Assembly (NCBI GenBank): GCA_903825105.1
Contig: CAIJZI010000009.1
Span: 216 to 64,215, forward strand
Source of the DNA: an uncultured bacterium
GTDB lineage: Bacteria; Patescibacteriota; Minisyncoccia; Phycocordibacterales; Phycocordibacteraceae
DNA: 64,000 bases
Reading direction: 5' to 3'
Made by a program: the position numbers and the translations under genes. Position 1 is the first letter of the stretch, and each line of letters begins with the position of its first letter. This document shows positions 55,746 through 64,000 of this stretch, piece after piece. Below the pieces are notes generated by a model that worked only from the letters and a program-made list of their open reading frames with translations, made no database searches and was not told the origin of the DNA.

Positions 55746-56348
55746 TTAGCGGGTGTTGGCGAACTGGGTCGCGACTTCGATTCCTTCAGCCGCGTAGAGG
55801 CGTACTGCCTCTGCAGCTTTTTTCAAAACTTTTTTTACCGCAATTTCTTCTGCTGGCTTCCACTTCCCTATGACTTGTTTAATTACTTTTTCTTCTCCAA
55901 CCACTTTCTTCGCTCTGTTTTTCTTACCAAGCGCGCTAATGCCGATGCGCAGTCGCGCGAAATCTTGTGTCTTCACGGCACGCATCACGCTCTCGACGCC
56001 TTTGTGTCCGCCGCTCCCGCGCGCGAAGACCATTTTCATCGTGCCGAGCGGCAGGTCGAGGTCGTCGTGAATCACGAGCAAGTTTTTTGCCGCTTTTACT
56101 GATTTTACGAGTTGGCAAACAGCCTTGCCAGAATTATTCATCATCGTTTCTGGCAAGACGAGTGTGACACCCTCCTTCCCTATCTCGCCTTTAGTGATAA
56201 GGGCATTTACTTTTTTATTAAAAATAAAATCTTCGAATTTTTCATTCTTTGCGACAAGCTCGACAGCATTTCTGCCAGCATTGTGACGCGTCTTTTCATA
56301 CTCCTTTCCCGGATTCCCGAGCCCAACAATTATGGTGGTCATATACAA
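55746..56348 (-). CDS. pth: Peptidyl-tRNA hydrolase
   Basis: IVGLGNPGKEY...RHNAG and the catalytic His region. Confidence 0.9.
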   Translation of the reverse strand: MYMTTIIVGLGNPGKEYEKTRHNAGRNAVELVAKNEKFEDFIFNKKVNALITKGEIGKEGVTLVLPETMMNNSGKAVCQLVKSVKAAKNLLVIHDDLDLPLGTMKMVFARGSGGHKGVESVMRAVKTQDFARLRIGISALGKKNRAKKVVGEEKVIKQVIGKWKPAEEIAVKKVLKKAAEAVRLYAAEGIEVATQFANTR

Positions 56349-56445
56349 ATAATATCACAACCGCATACCGCTCGAAGACTCGCGGTACCTTCGGCGATTA
56401 CGCCTACGGCTTGCATCGAAAAAAATAGGCGCGTACAATACTGTT

Positions 56446-57027
56446 ATGAATGAAACTTGGAAAGGTCTTCTGAAGGATCTTTTCACTCTTGCGCTCCTCA
56501 TTGTTGTTGTCGTTATTCCTATTCGCATCTTTGTCATCTCGCCGTTCATTGTTGATGGCGAATCGATGCATCCGACCTTCGAAAATCTCGATTATCTCGT
56601 TGTTGACGAGATTGTTTACGACTTCCACGCCCCAGCGCGTGGCGATGTTATCGTATTCCGCTATCCAAACGATCCTTCACTCTTTTATATCAAGCGTATT
56701 ATCGGTCTCCCGGGCGAAACAGTCTCTATAAATAAAGGAGTGGTCACCATTACGACGGTGGGTGGAAATAAAATAACCCTTTCAGAGCCATACACAGTAA
56801 ATGAAGATGCGACCTATACAAAAAATGTGACATTGAGCGCGAACGATTATTTCGTTATGGGTGACAATCGCCCAAACAGTTCTGATAGTCGCGTGTGGGG
56901 ACCATTACCAAAGAGCGATATTGTCGGTCGTGTTGACCTACGCCTATTGCCAGCCAGCGAAATGGGATTCTTCCCTGGCGGAGCCTCTTATTCGAAAAAA
57001 ACTTCTTCAACAACAGTAAATATATGA
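56446..57027 (+). CDS. lepB: Signal peptidase I
   Basis: GESMHPTF (Ser box), RGDVIVF, GLPGETV, VMGDNRPNSSDSR. Confidence 0.9.
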   Translation: MNETWKGLLKDLFTLALLIVVVVIPIRIFVISPFIVDGESMHPTFENLDYLVVDEIVYDFHAPARGDVIVFRYPNDPSLFYIKRIIGLPGETVSINKGVVTITTVGGNKITLSEPYTVNEDATYTKNVTLSANDYFVMGDNRPNSSDSRVWGPLPKSDIVGRVDLRLLPASEMGFFPGGASYSKKTSSTTVNI

Positions 57028-58184
57028 TTCGCGACAGGATAAAAGGGGAAGAAATTTTACAAAAAGCGTCGACAATTGGACAGTATTATGGATTTACTCC
57101 ACTCTCGCTCCTTACTGCCGCGCCACGCCTAGCGGGCGCGAAGTCTAAAGCGGAGCCACCGAAACTCGATTTTAAAAATGATCCAAACGCTGAGACGATC
57201 TTCGGTTTTTTAAAACAATTTAAAAGTACTGGCTTGCCGCCCTCTTCACGACAACCTATGTTTGTCTGGCATACCAACATCGCTCCGGGTCGCCCGTTAC
57301 AAAAAAAAGTTACGGTACAATTCCACGCGCTCGGCACCGATCGCGCGATCGCGGACACAATTGTTATACGCGCGCTCGTTGCACTCGCGCGCGACCTCTT
57401 CCACGAAGAACCGACCGTTCGCATCAATTCAATGGGGGATAAAGAAACCCGCGCGCGCTACGCGCGCGAGCTCGGCGTCTTCTTTAGAAAGCGCGCCTGC
57501 GCACTCTCTGAAGAATGTCTTAATTTCGCTAAAAGTGATGTATTCCTCGCGGCAGAACACGCCATCAACAACGGCTACGCCGAAGAACTCCCTTCGCCAA
57601 CAGAACATCTCTCTGATGCGAGCCGAAAGCGTTTTGAAGACTTGCTCGAATATCTCGAAATGACCGAGACGCCCTACGAGCTCGCCCGACACCTGATGAG
57701 CCGCGGTGGCGTCTGGAGCGATATTTGTTTTGAAATAGTCGTTGGCGACAAACGCGTCGCGTGGGGCTCGCGTTATACCGATCTGGTCAAAACTTTTTTT
57801 AACAGTGGATCATTCCCTGCGACCGGCGCCGTCTTCCAGATCTCTGGATTGTCGACAGAAGAGAATAAAGAGATCGTGGTGAAGAAAGTGCCCCAATCGC
57901 GCTTACGATTTTCGTTTGTACATATCGGCGACGAAGCGAAACGCCTCTCGATACAACTCGCCGAGAACTTTAGAAAAGAGCGTGTGCCTTTAATGCAACA
58001 TATCGGCATCGAGTCTCTCACCGAGCAGCTCCATCTCGCTGAAAAACAGAATAGCCCGTACCTTCTCATAATGGGGCGCAAGGAGGCGTTAGAAAAAACG
58101 GCGATCGTGCGCAACTGCCAAACGCGCGAAGAAACCGTCATTCCGCTCGAAGGCATCATCGAGCGCCTACGCGCGTTTGTGTAG
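57024..58184 (+). CDS. hisS-like: Histidine--tRNA ligase-like protein (class II aaRS fold, divergent motif 2)
   Basis: Layout matches HisRS/HisZ (motif 3 GSRYTDL, C-terminal anticodon-binding LLIMGRKE), but motif 2 reads QPMFVWHTN...QFHALG instead of GPMFRYERPQ...QFHQFG. Confidence 0.55.
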   Translation: MIRDRIKGEEILQKASTIGQYYGFTPLSLLTAAPRLAGAKSKAEPPKLDFKNDPNAETIFGFLKQFKSTGLPPSSRQPMFVWHTNIAPGRPLQKKVTVQFHALGTDRAIADTIVIRALVALARDLFHEEPTVRINSMGDKETRARYARELGVFFRKRACALSEECLNFAKSDVFLAAEHAINNGYAEELPSPTEHLSDASRKRFEDLLEYLEMTETPYELARHLMSRGGVWSDICFEIVVGDKRVAWGSRYTDLVKTFFNSGSFPATGAVFQISGLSTEENKEIVVKKVPQSRLRFSFVHIGDEAKRLSIQLAENFRKERVPLMQHIGIESLTEQLHLAEKQNSPYLLIMGRKEALEKTAIVRNCQTREETVIPLEGIIERLRAFV

Positions 58185-58220
58185 ACAACTAATGCCTCGG
58201 TGTGCTAGAGTGCTTTCATT

Positions 58221-58484
58221 ATGACAGCAGGAACAAGAATAGAAGTCGCGCGCGGAAAGAACGAGAGTTCGACTGCGCTTATTCGCCGATTTACCCGCCG
58301 TGCGCAGGGTCTCGGCCTCGTGCGCGAGATTCGTAACAATCGCTACTGGCAGCGCACCGTATCGAAGAATGTTGAGCACAAGCGCGCCCTTATCACCAAG
58401 TCCCGCCGCGAGAATTACAACGAGCTCGTCAAACTCGGTAAGATAGACCCCGCAGCCAAGAAGAATGCCCGCGGCAAAAAATAA
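58221..58484 (+). CDS. rpsU: 30S ribosomal protein S21
   Basis: ALIRRFTRRAQGLGLVREIRNNRYWQR matches the S21 ALRRFKR...G...E.RRR.YE.P pattern. Confidence 0.65.
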   Translation: MTAGTRIEVARGKNESSTALIRRFTRRAQGLGLVREIRNNRYWQRTVSKNVEHKRALITKSRRENYNELVKLGKIDPAAKKNARGKK

Positions 58485-58881
58485 AGAAGCGCGTCTTTCG
58501 ATTAAGAATCTCACTCGTCACGATGTGACGAGTTTGCCGTTTAAAAAAATCGCTCGCGATATCGCTCTGGGATGGGAAATTTCTCTTGTTTTTGTGGGGC
58601 CAAAAAAAGCGCGAGAATTAAATAAAAAGTTGCGCAATAAAGAGTACATTCCAAATGTGCTTTCTTATACTGTTGGTAAAAAGTCAGGCGAGATTTTCAT
58701 CTGCCCAAGTGAGGCAAAAAAGCAGGCTGCCAACTTTAACCTTACACCTTCCACCTTTACCCTTCTGCTATTTATTCACGGTGTATTACACATACAAGGA
58801 TGGGATCATGGTGTTAAAATGGAACAATGCGAGAAAAAAATTCTAAAACGCTATGTCGCGAAGGATAGCGACCGGCATTGA
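58465..58881 (+). CDS. ybeY: rRNA maturation endoribonuclease YbeY
   Basis: HGVLHIQGWDH zinc-binding H3xH5xH motif. Confidence 0.85.
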   Translation: MPAAKNKEARLSIKNLTRHDVTSLPFKKIARDIALGWEISLVFVGPKKARELNKKLRNKEYIPNVLSYTVGKKSGEIFICPSEAKKQAANFNLTPSTFTLLLFIHGVLHIQGWDHGVKMEQCEKKILKRYVAKDSDRH

Positions 58882-60013
58882 TATCGGCACCTACCAGATA
58901 AAGGTAGTCGTCGTCGAAGAAATTATAGATAAACCGAGTGGCGCTCGGCGGTTGCGTATTATTGGTACGGGCCTCGCCGAGTCAAAAGGCTTGCGCCACG
59001 GCTACATTGTTAATAAAGAAGAGGTCACTTCATGTATTCTTAAAGCGAAGCAGCAGGCAGAAACATCTGCACATATCCAGATCCGCACAGGATTCCTCGC
59101 TGTGGGAGGCATCTCTCTCGACGAGTCACGCGCGACCGGCTTCGCGATTATCTCTCGCGCTGATCAAGAAATAACCGCCATCGATCTAGAAAAAGCCGGT
59201 AAAACAGCGCGAGAAGCCGCAGCCCCTGGATTTATAAATCGCCATGTTCTGCACAGCATTCCGCTCGAATACCGCATCGACGGCACCAAGGTCTTGGGGT
59301 ATCCACTCGGTATGAAAGGTATTCGTCTTGAAGCTGATTACCTTTTTGTCACCTGTCTATCACAACACGAGGAGACGCTTCTTAAAGCAGTCGAGGACGC
59401 CGATATCGAGATTGTCGACCAGATGGCTTCCCCACTCGCCGGCTCCTATGTCCTCCTCGATGGCGACCAGAAGATGAAAGGCTGCGTGCTCGCCAACATT
59501 GGCGCGGAGACTATTTCTATAGTTGTCTATGATGAGGGCATTCCTGTTTCGGTAAAAGTATTCCCGATGGGTTCGAGCCATGTAACAGACGACATCGCGC
59601 TCGGCCTTCGTATTTCTCTTGAAGAAGCGGAGAGGATAAAAATCGGCAGACTATCGGGGCAGATGTATCCGCGTAAAAAAATCGACGACATTATCGGCAG
59701 CCGGTTGTCTCTTATGTTCGCTCTTATTGACAAACATTTGAAATCACTCGGACGACGCGGCCCATTGCCTGCAGGCATAATTATTTCTGGAGGCGGAGCT
59801 GGTATCGGGACGATTAGTGATGTGGCGAAGGGCTCACTTAAACTCCCTGCGCGACTCGCAGAGTCTAAGATCTCTACTGATACAAAAATCCGCGACGCCA
59901 CCTGGGCAGTCGCTTACGGTCTCGCTCTTTGGGGTCTCACCGGTGATACCACTATTCAGAAAAAAAGCATCACTTCTCAAATCGGAAAGTTTTTCCACCA
60001 GTTTTTACCGTAG
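58853..60013 (+). CDS. ftsA-like: Actin-like ATPase, FtsA-like cell division protein (PilM not excluded)
   Basis: N-terminal phosphate-1 motif GIDIGTYQIKVVVVE and ASKHA-fold layout; near ftsZ. Confidence 0.55.
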   Translation: MSRRIATGIDIGTYQIKVVVVEEIIDKPSGARRLRIIGTGLAESKGLRHGYIVNKEEVTSCILKAKQQAETSAHIQIRTGFLAVGGISLDESRATGFAIISRADQEITAIDLEKAGKTAREAAAPGFINRHVLHSIPLEYRIDGTKVLGYPLGMKGIRLEADYLFVTCLSQHEETLLKAVEDADIEIVDQMASPLAGSYVLLDGDQKMKGCVLANIGAETISIVVYDEGIPVSVKVFPMGSSHVTDDIALGLRISLEEAERIKIGRLSGQMYPRKKIDDIIGSRLSLMFALIDKHLKSLGRRGPLPAGIIISGGGAGIGTISDVAKGSLKLPARLAESKISTDTKIRDATWAVAYGLALWGLTGDTTIQKKSITSQIGKFFHQFLP

Positions 60014-60015
60014 GC

Positions 60016-60375
60016 ATGAGCTCAATCAAGCATATAGAATTTTGGGTTTCAAATTTAAAAATTTCTTTGGATTTTTATACAGAATTATTTTCAATAATCG
60101 GTTGGTCTCATGTGGATGAGAATGGTTTTTCTTGTGACGGTACAAAAATCTATTTTTATGAAAAACAAGAATTGGACATACATACAAAAGTTCCTGGCCC
60201 GCGACACATTTGTTTTCAAGTCGGCGGTAAAGATATTGTTGATTTAGTTTCAAATTCGCCAATTATAAAAAATGGAATTTTACACGGACCAGATGTACTT
60301 CACGAGAACGGTAGTTATATGCTTGTGTTTAAAGATCCTGATAATTATATTTTAGAGGTGGCATATAAATCTTAA
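60016..60375 (+). CDS. VOC-family (glyoxalase/bleomycin-resistance fold) protein
   Basis: IKHIEFWVSNLKISLDFY beta-alpha-beta-beta-beta module. Confidence 0.65.
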   Translation: MSSIKHIEFWVSNLKISLDFYTELFSIIGWSHVDENGFSCDGTKIYFYEKQELDIHTKVPGPRHICFQVGGKDIVDLVSNSPIIKNGILHGPDVLHENGSYMLVFKDPDNYILEVAYKS

Positions 60376-60409
60376 TTTAAGAAAGAAAATCGAGTAATCC
60401 ACAGCTCCA

Positions 60410-60437
60410 TTGAAAATTAATATTGATTTGATATAGT
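60410..60437 (+). promoter_or_regulatory. Sigma70-like promoter (TTGAAA-16-TATAGT) for the 60444 small RNA
   Basis: Hexamers and spacing read directly; the predicted TSS coincides with the first base of the RNA P1 helix. Confidence 0.6.
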
Positions 60438-60443
60438 GATCTT

Positions 60444-60535
60444 GTGCCTGCGGGCGCAAGCCCCTTATCGGCTAAGGATTACCTAAGCTGAAGGCAGGCA
60501 CATCAGAGGAACCGCCTTTATTGGCGGTTTTTCTG
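60444..60535 (+). ncRNA. Candidate 92-nt small RNA: three-way junction plus intrinsic terminator
   Basis: P1 GUGCCUGC/GCAGGCAC encloses GGGC-GCAA-GCCC and GCUAAGG-AUUA-CCUAAGC; terminator aaccgcc-tttatt-ggcggtt plus U5; no ORF; next gene is on the opposite strand. Confidence 0.5.
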
Positions 60536-60538
60536 ATT

Positions 60539-61021
60539 TTAATCTTCTGCCTCATTTCTATAAAGTTTCTGCTTCCCTATTTTCCCAATCGGCATAACAC
60601 TCCAAAAATGTAATTTTCCATCCCCGATTTTTCTTACAATTACTCGTACCAAAATCATTGACTCTTCACCGACAATGTCGTGGAAGCCCCAATACTCAAC
60701 TTGTTTGGTTTTACTAAATCCATCTTTCCCAGGCTCTCCCCATTTTTCGAGAGTATTTCTATATTCCTGAACCGTCCCAGCATTACGGAGAATATGCAGT
60801 GCTGGTTTTAACAATCTGAGTTTCAGTCGTTGTTCTTGAATATTTCTTGGTTGTCTGTTTGGTTTATTCAACAAATGATTAAAACCGTCAGAAGTAAGGG
60901 AGATATTTAATTTGAAATACGGACAGAAAATTTCTGGGGTCGATTCATACAACTCTCGCGATGTTTCTATAAGTTTATGATAGTCGCGAATAGTTCTTTC
61001 TATATCAATCTTCTGTTCCAT
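60539..61021 (-). CDS. Hypothetical protein (160 aa)
   Basis: ORF with AT-rich codon usage; no recognisable motif. Confidence 0.35.
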   Translation of the reverse strand: MEQKIDIERTIRDYHKLIETSRELYESTPEIFCPYFKLNISLTSDGFNHLLNKPNRQPRNIQEQRLKLRLLKPALHILRNAGTVQEYRNTLEKWGEPGKDGFSKTKQVEYWGFHDIVGEESMILVRVIVRKIGDGKLHFWSVMPIGKIGKQKLYRNEAED

Positions 61022-61113
61022 TCGTCAATTTTAGCATCTCATATCTCTCTATTGTCAATATTTGCATTCGTCACCGTTCTGCTATCATAACGGGAGCCAT
61101 TATTTATACATAT

Positions 61114-62370
61114 ATGTCAAAAAGAATTGAACCTGAAATTGAGACATTCGCGCGGATTCGTGTCGTCGGTGTTGGTGGTTCTGGGAAAAATGCGATTAAT
61201 CACATGATTAATTCGAAGGTGCGCGGTGTTGAATTCGTGGCAGTTAATTCTGACGCCCAAGATCTCCACCGTTCTCTCGCGAAGCGTAAGATTCATATTG
61301 GAAAAAATTTGACGCGCGGTCTCGGCACTGGGATGAACCCAGAGCTCGGTCGCAGAGCGGCTGAAGAGACGCGTCAAGAAATCCAAGAGGCTCTTTCAGG
61401 GAGCGATATGGTCTTTATCACCTGCGGACTTGGCGGAGGTACCGGTACAGGAGCGTCATCCGTTGTCGCTAAGATAGCCAAAGAAGTTGGGGCGCTCGTG
61501 ATCGCTGTCGTGACCAAGCCATTTTCATTTGAGGGAGCACAGCGACGCGATATTGCTGAACAAGGACTCGTCGAACTTAAAAAAGAAGTCGACGCTTTTA
61601 TTATCATTCCAAATGATAAACTGCTCGCGATAGTCGATACAAAGACTTCTGCGAAGAACGCATTCGCGATGTGCGACGAGATCCTGCGACAAGCGGTTGA
61701 GGGCGTCTCTGACATCATCACCACTCCGGGAGAAATCAACACCGACTTCAACGATATTAAAGCGATTATGGAAGGCGCGGGCCCTGCTCTTATGGGCATT
61801 GGTATCGCCGAGGGCGACGAGCGCGCGAAAGAGGCTGCACATCAGGCAGTCAATTCCCCTCTCCTCGATGTCTCGATTAGTGGTGCGAGAGGCATTCTCT
61901 TCGTTGTTGCTGGTAGCGAAGATTTGAGTCTTATCGAAGTTCAGGAAGCCGCGAAGGTTATCAACGAATCGGTTGATAAGAACGCGAAGGTTATCTTCGG
62001 TATTATGCGCGATGAGAAATTGAAGAAGGGTCAGGTACGCATTATCGTTATCGCGACCGGGTTCCCTGACGCATTAAATTCTGGACACTCTGGCTCGATA
62101 CTCGAGCGATCACTCTTCTCTATGCCAGCAGAAAAGCGTGTTGAAGAGCGTGGGCATATCTATCATGAAGTTTTAAAACGCGATGATAAAGTTGAAGAAA
62201 AAGTGAAAGCTACAGAGATAAAAGATGAGCCGATTATTACTCCAGTTGAGAAGGATGAACCAATCGTGACGGCGAAGCCGCACAAGCGCGAAGAGGCTCC
62301 AGCAGTCGTCCCAGAAGATGATGAATCGTGGGGCGCGATCCCGGCGTTTTTGCGTCGCCATAAGAAATGA
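61114..62370 (+). CDS. ftsZ: Cell division protein FtsZ
   Basis: Tubulin signature GGGTGTG (CGLGGGTGTGASSV) and a C-terminal variable tail. Confidence 0.95.
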   Translation: MSKRIEPEIETFARIRVVGVGGSGKNAINHMINSKVRGVEFVAVNSDAQDLHRSLAKRKIHIGKNLTRGLGTGMNPELGRRAAEETRQEIQEALSGSDMVFITCGLGGGTGTGASSVVAKIAKEVGALVIAVVTKPFSFEGAQRRDIAEQGLVELKKEVDAFIIIPNDKLLAIVDTKTSAKNAFAMCDEILRQAVEGVSDIITTPGEINTDFNDIKAIMEGAGPALMGIGIAEGDERAKEAAHQAVNSPLLDVSISGARGILFVVAGSEDLSLIEVQEAAKVINESVDKNAKVIFGIMRDEKLKKGQVRIIVIATGFPDALNSGHSGSILERSLFSMPAEKRVEERGHIYHEVLKRDDKVEEKVKATEIKDEPIITPVEKDEPIVTAKPHKREEAPAVVPEDDESWGAIPAFLRRHKK

Positions 62371-62480
62371 TTCTTCGAATCATTTCTTTCTCCCTGCACT
62401 CGTTCGAAAGAATAAAATAAGAATTTCATTCTTTACTCACTCGTTTGGTAGTAAGAAGTAGGTTGTAGAAAAACAGAAAA

Positions 62481-62509
62481 ACGCGGCGACCTTCGGTCAC
62501 CGCGTTTTG
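62481..62509 (+). terminator. Rho-independent terminator of ftsZ
   Basis: acgcggcgacc-ttcg-ggtcaccgcgt followed by TTTT. Confidence 0.7.
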
Positions 62510-62529
62510 ATTGATGAAGTAATGAACAA

Positions 62530-62763
62530 TTATTGCACAAGGGTTCTGATTTCTGATTTTTCTAACAATTTCGATGGACACATCGTGTATGCCAAATACT
62601 GGCGAGCTCCCGTGTACAAGCCTTTACAACTCGGGCATTTCGCAGGGCTGTATTTAATGGGAAATGAAACATTTGTGATGAACCTAATGAGTAGGACACC
62701 GCAATAAATACATTTACCATTTGGAGGAACGGCATTACCGTCGGTCTGGCTGAACACTGGCAT
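62530..62763 (-). CDS. Small zinc-ribbon-like protein (CxxC...CxxC, 77 aa)
   Basis: CIYCG ... CPSC pairs; strong GGGGAGG RBS 5 nt upstream of the ATG. Confidence 0.4.
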   Translation of the reverse strand: MPVFSQTDGNAVPPNGKCIYCGVLLIRFITNVSFPIKYSPAKCPSCKGLYTGARQYLAYTMCPSKLLEKSEIRTLVQ

Positions 62764-62856
62764 GAAGACCTCCCCGCATCCTTCTTAAGCATAATCTTAT
62801 CTGCACAATGGTCAACTGCAGATTTTACTGAAGTATTTTGTTATACTATTCGCACT

Positions 62857-63801
62857 ATGCACGACCTTATAATCATCGGTGGAGGGCCAGCGGGAGTGGC
62901 AGCAGGTATTTATGCCGCACGAAAGAAATTAAAAACGGTTTTAATCGCTGAAGAGATCGGTGGGCAATCTGTTGTTTCTGATGGTATTGAAAATTGGATC
63001 GGCACGCCCAAAATTAGTGGAGCCGACCTCGCGAAGTCGCTTCGCGCGCATCTTGATGCGGTCAAAAATGACATGGTCGAACTCGCCCTCGGCGAACGCG
63101 TCGTCTCGCTCGAAACCGCTAGCGGCGAAACACCTAAGCTGCTTAGGTATTTCGCCGCTAAGTTAGCATCAGGGAAGCTTTTTGAAGCGAAGGCGGTGCT
63201 TGTCGCCTCGGGCGCCGGCCGTAGAAAGCTCGCGATCCTTGGCGCAGAAAAATTCGAGAACAAAGGCATCAGCTACTGTGCTTCCTGCGACGGACTCCTC
63301 TTCGCGGGTCAAGATGTCGCTGTTATCGGCGGAGGAAATGCCGGTTTCGAGACAGCGCTCCAGCTCCTCGCCTACGCGAAGTCAGTCACGCTCATTCATC
63401 GTCACGCCGAATTTAAGGCTGACGCAACGACCGTAGAAAAGGCGCTCGCGCACCCAAATATGCGCGTGATAAAAAACGCCGAGCCAATTGAAATTGTTGG
63501 CGATAAGTTTGTGAGTGGATTGAAATATAAAGATAAAGATTCTGGCGAAGTAGCGGAAATCGCTGTAACGGGCATATTCGTCGAGGCAGGCGTTTTGCCG
63601 AACACTGATTTTATAGAAAAAATTGTCGCCTGCGACGAGACAAAGAGAGTTAAAATTAATCCTCACAATCAGCGCACGAGTGTTGACGGGATCTGGGCTG
63701 CAGGCGACTGTACCGACGAGCTCTACCACCAGAACAATATCGCCGCCGGCGACGCTGTCAAAGCGCTTGAGGATATTTATTTTTGGATTAAGAAACAGTA
63801 A
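62857..63801 (+). CDS. trxB: Thioredoxin reductase
   Basis: FAD motif IIIGGGPAGVAAGIYAARK, redox-active CASCDG, NADPH motif AVIGGGNAGFETA. Confidence 0.9.
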   Translation: MHDLIIIGGGPAGVAAGIYAARKKLKTVLIAEEIGGQSVVSDGIENWIGTPKISGADLAKSLRAHLDAVKNDMVELALGERVVSLETASGETPKLLRYFAAKLASGKLFEAKAVLVASGAGRRKLAILGAEKFENKGISYCASCDGLLFAGQDVAVIGGGNAGFETALQLLAYAKSVTLIHRHAEFKADATTVEKALAHPNMRVIKNAEPIEIVGDKFVSGLKYKDKDSGEVAEIAVTGIFVEAGVLPNTDFIEKIVACDETKRVKINPHNQRTSVDGIWAAGDCTDELYHQNNIAAGDAVKALEDIYFWIKKQ

Positions 63802-64000
63802 TTAACTGTCGCGAACATCGGTATATTCTTTGGTAAATGGCTTACCGCGCAGAAGCGTGTGGAAATGATTTATCATATAGCGCCAGCCTGTTTTTATCAC
63901 ACCTTCTTTTTTTAATCGTCTGCCCGAGGTGTACATCGGCAATTTAAAAGTCCACTTCACCCTCCCCACCTTACTAATCCGCTTCGCGATGTCGGTGTCT
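63802..64000 (-). CDS. Partial CDS (3' end only; gene continues beyond the window), unknown function
   Basis: Open frame on the minus strand from the window edge to a stop at 63802-63804. Confidence 0.3.
   Translation of the reverse strand, partial: DTDIAKRISKVGRVKWTFKLPMYTSGRRLKKEGVIKTGWRYMINHFHTLLRGKPFTKEYTDVRDS

Noticed and set aside
60444-60535. SRP (4.5S) RNA, purine riboswitch or hammerhead identity for the 92-nt RNA
   Set aside because: SRP RNA is a single extended hairpin with a GGAA-capped helix 8 rather than a three-way junction; the conserved purine-riboswitch loops and hammerhead CUGAUGA/GAAA cores are absent.
1-64000. CRISPR arrays, rRNA genes, integrases/transposases, prophage
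   Set aside because: No regularly spaced direct repeats, no rRNA-like conserved stretches, and no integrase/transposase-like ORFs were found; the only repeats are short palindromes and the tRNA-Lys partial duplications.

Overview
This 64-kb window looks like a streamlined, Patescibacteria/CPR-like bacterial chromosome segment at roughly 50% GC. The lineage call is inferred from sequence features; no database was searched.

The backbone is dense with housekeeping genes. Near the 5' end are topA, a short relA/spoT, parB, miaA, an ABC-F ATPase, an emrRAB-like MarR/HlyD/MFS operon and two ABC transporters. The middle carries pyrG, ftsEX, prfB, a NUDIX hydrolase, nrdR, an MsbA-like exporter, glycerate kinase, ppsA, eno, a D-2-hydroxyacid dehydrogenase, infB-rbfA and a class-IV aminotransferase. 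The 3' end carries gyrA, rpsA, pth, lepB, rpsU, ybeY, an ftsA-like gene, ftsZ and trxB.

Twelve tRNA genes are present, and several of them have unusual features:
- one tRNA-Thr(GGU) is split by a ~180-nt group I-like intron in the anticodon loop;
- a subset of tRNAs shares a conserved 5' leader module whose hairpin stem covaries;
- two tRNAs have non-canonical T-loops.

Accessory or novel content:
- a six-gene tandem array of VirB2/TrbC-like small membrane proteins, co-oriented with a solute-binding protein gene, plus a distant VirB2-like/Cys-rich secreted paralog;
- a radical-SAM gene and a 74-aa small protein, divergent from nrdR across an NrdR-box-like palindrome;
- a solo MazF toxin whose start overlaps the ppsA stop;
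- an AT-rich island holding a NYN-domain protein and a 279-aa unknown protein;
- a degenerate HisRS-like paralog.

Several strong promoter-to-terminator noncoding units carry no ORF:
- a ~760-nt tandem module with a GC-rich ~300-nt core upstream of rpsA;
- a 92-nt three-way-junction small RNA;
- a riboswitch-like ~200-nt leader plus a ~110-nt small RNA downstream of gyrA;
- a tRNA-like minihelix plus a small RNA upstream of pyrG.

A palindromic AAGGTTnAACCTT repeat family is dispersed across the window, including a tandem in-frame insertion inside miaA. No CRISPR arrays or rRNA genes were seen. All coordinates and calls come from manual reading of the sequence and the supplied ORF track; no tools were run.
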